A stretch of 64,000 bases of DNA from Bacteroidota bacterium (lineage in GTDB: Bacteria > Bacteroidota > Bacteroidia > Bacteroidales > JAADJA01). Below, piece by piece: positions 62,064 through 64,000 of this stretch. The stretch is from positions 46,070-110,069 of the forward strand of contig JAHLKX010000008.1 in the NCBI GenBank assembly GCA_020444515.1, given 5' to 3'. The translations under genes were made by a program, and so were the position numbers. Numbering within the stretch: position 1 is the first letter of the stretch; each line of letters begins with the position of its first letter. Below the pieces are notes generated by a model. It was not told the origin of the DNA and did no database searches. It was given only the letters and a program-made list of their open reading frames with translations.

Positions 62064-64000
62064 TTACATTTTGATAAATTTTGTTCTATAAGATAAATTA
62101 CAATCTGCTAATATCAGGATATAAATACCTTTTTCAAGCGCTGATACATTGATGATTTCTTCTGATTGTTGATTCACGCTTCTTGAAAAAACATGAATAC
62201 CCATGCTATTAATAATGGTAATCGTTCCATCTATTTTTTTTGGAGTTTTTACCCTTATTATTTCAGAGGCGGGGTTGGGTGAAACAATCAATGAAAAATC
62301 AGCTTTCCTAATATTTTTGACATCGGAAAAGAATTCCGGATCATTCTGAAATTTTTCACGGATATAGGCTGTATGTTCCTTCAACAATAAAACCGACGAC
62401 CAGGGATCACCATCATAAGCCCTCGCCCAGGGATAAGCAAAGTCGAATTCGAAACTTTCACCGGCTGCCAGATCAAACGGGCCAATAGAACCCAGTCCAC
62501 GACGGTCATTGGGATTTGCTCCTGACTCTTCTTCTGTCCAATAATACCCGTTTTGATTATAACCACCATTGGGCCATATACAACCGGTTCCCCAATTGAC
62601 CGGGTCACTATCCCCGGGCCACATATACCTGCATTCCGGCCCGACGGAATAACCGGGAAATCCCCACCCCCCATACAACAAGGGGTCTCCGTTTTTCCAT
62701 AAACCTTTTAAATAAGTATAATATTGAGGGGCGATTGCCGGATCATCAATATTACCGTTGCCGCCACTATTAAAATAAATAAATGAACTCATTCCGAGCC
62801 GCTCATTATCCACAATTCCATCGCCAAATCCCAGTCCATTGATCGCTTCGGAGCAGATCAGGTTTCCGAGGTTATCATATTTGGGATTGTCAATCTCATC
62901 AGGCTCCATGAAAGGACCGCCCAACAACATAATTCCCTGTGCCGGCGGATTGGGGCCGTAGGCTAGCGAATCATTTTCATTTCCATCTATTGATTCACTG
63001 TTATAGGTGAAGTACATCCCGTTTTGAACGTCACATTCGATGCGGTCGTCCCAATTATATCCGAGATAGGTATCGGTAAATAATCCCAAATACACATCAT
63101 GATAATTGGTATCCGAACGATTAATAATTTTAAAATTAAAGAATATTGTATTCCACAGGGCTGAATCGGCCGGTTCATCAAATGCATAGGCCATGGCATG
63201 GATTTCAATGCCCAATGGAACTCCATCAGTTTCTGTATGCGTGCCCCTGACATCATTAAAAACAAAGAAAATAGCCTGATCTCCTTTTATGCGCGGTGCA
63301 TCGCCCTGCATGGGTTCATAAATTCCGTTTCCGTTTTGATCGAAGAAGGGAGCAATTTGTTCCGATTGACCGTTTTCAACATCGCCGTTTCCGGGCCAGG
63401 ACAGGATATCATCTAATGGTTCATAACCGGCTTGCCACCAGTTGGCCTGGTGAAATTCAATATCAGAGCGGTTCAGTTTCCAGGCATGGAACCAGCGGAT
63501 ATCAAACAACGAATCATAATTATTGGAAACCGGCCCGTGCCAGTAATCTTCGCCCACCTGCCGGTAGCGGTTGCCTGCAAGGTGTAATTCATCCTGTTCA
63601 TCCAAACCACCAATCCAAAAAGAACTATTGAATAAACTGGATGCTAATTGATTTTTAGGAACTCTGAAATGGGGCGTATCATCACCATCCCAGAACTGCA
63701 TTTCAAAGCAATTGATCAGCGCATTGATGTTATTAATATCCAGCGAATCGTAAAAATCATTGTGCTCAATATTCAAATAGATCTCTCCTAAATCAAACCG
63801 TTGAAAAGGTGCTGAAGTATCGCTGATTATGTATACATACGAATCACTATTGGAATAATAAGTGGGATCAACCCGTATCCTGATCTTATCACCTTCAACA
63901 TAGGCACTGCTTTGCTGAATATGGATTTCTTTGCCAAGCGGGTGATAATCGTTAGCCAGTACATCCACATATGAATTATGATAGGGTGTGCCGCTGATGG
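62064..64000 (-). CDS. Large T9SS type A cargo protein, 5'-truncated by the window edge
   Basis: The frame stays open from 63968 to the edge (ISGTPYHNSY-VDVLANDY). Ig-like 'DVLAND' motif, 'LDINNINA', 'WIGG.D', CTD 'VSPNPA...L.KGIYIL...TKFIK'. Confidence 0.85.
   Translation of the reverse strand, partial: ISGTPYHNSYVDVLANDYHPLGKEIHIQQSSAYVEGDKIRIRVDPTYYSNSDSYVYIISDTSAPFQRFDLGEIYLNIEHNDFYDSLDINNINALINCFEMQFWDGDDTPHFRVPKNQLASSLFNSSFWIGGLDEQDELHLAGNRYRQVGEDYWHGPVSNNYDSLFDIRWFHAWKLNRSDIEFHQANWWQAGYEPLDDILSWPGNGDVENGQSEQIAPFFDQNGNGIYEPMQGDAPRIKGDQAIFFVFNDVRGTHTETDGVPLGIEIHAMAYAFDEPADSALWNTIFFNFKIINRSDTNYHDVYLGLFTDTYLGYNWDDRIECDVQNGMYFTYNSESIDGNENDSLAYGPNPPAQGIMLLGGPFMEPDEIDNPKYDNLGNLICSEAINGLGFGDGIVDNERLGMSSFIYFNSGGNGNIDDPAIAPQYYTYLKGLWKNGDPLLYGGWGFPGYSVGPECRYMWPGDSDPVNWGTGCIWPNGGYNQNGYYWTEEESGANPNDRRGLGSIGPFDLAAGESFEFDFAYPWARAYDGDPWSSVLLLKEHTAYIREKFQNDPEFFSDVKNIRKADFSLIVSPNPASEIIRVKTPKKIDGTITIINSMGIHVFSRSVNQQSEEIINVSALEKGIYILILADCNLSYRTKFIKM

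Overview
Chromosomal, mostly core-genome segment of a Bacteroidota bacterium, probably an environmental Bacteroidales. The assignment rests on the 16S signatures, TAnnTTTG promoters, a short primary sigma factor, T9SS cargo proteins and a porG-uppS-bamA-skp operon. In order, the window holds: a carotenoid cluster (crtI-crtB-hypothetical-idi, running off the left edge); a divergent TetR-led LolA-like/LolCDE-like export operon with three permeases; a secreted FG-GAP protein; a PIF1-HRDC helicase; yebC; rpsO-pnp-rpoD-rpe; pepD; a complete rRNA operon (16S-tRNA-Ile-tRNA-Ala-23S-5S); a five-gene TonB-dependent uptake operon followed by a KTSC gene; atoE; an ALDH7; a ModE-like regulator; a kinase-less sensor next to trkH; glyA; an M16 pair; the Bam locus; rsgA; engB; a glycine-lipid acyltransferase pair; and a truncated T9SS protein. 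I saw no CRISPR array, prophage or IS element. Best novelty candidates: (1) the 31.1-36.4 kb operon joining a stand-alone TiaS-like kinase domain, an ECF-S-like membrane protein, a lipoprotein, a TonB-dependent receptor and a T9SS protein, which looks like an uncharacterised import-and-modify (cofactor salvage) system and shares a 10-nt leader motif with the adjacent KTSC gene; (2) a TetR regulator carrying a canonical calmodulin-like EF-hand, with two operator copies; (3) an output-less 4HB+HAMP sensor coupled to TrkH. All calls come from motif recognition by eye; no database searches were run.
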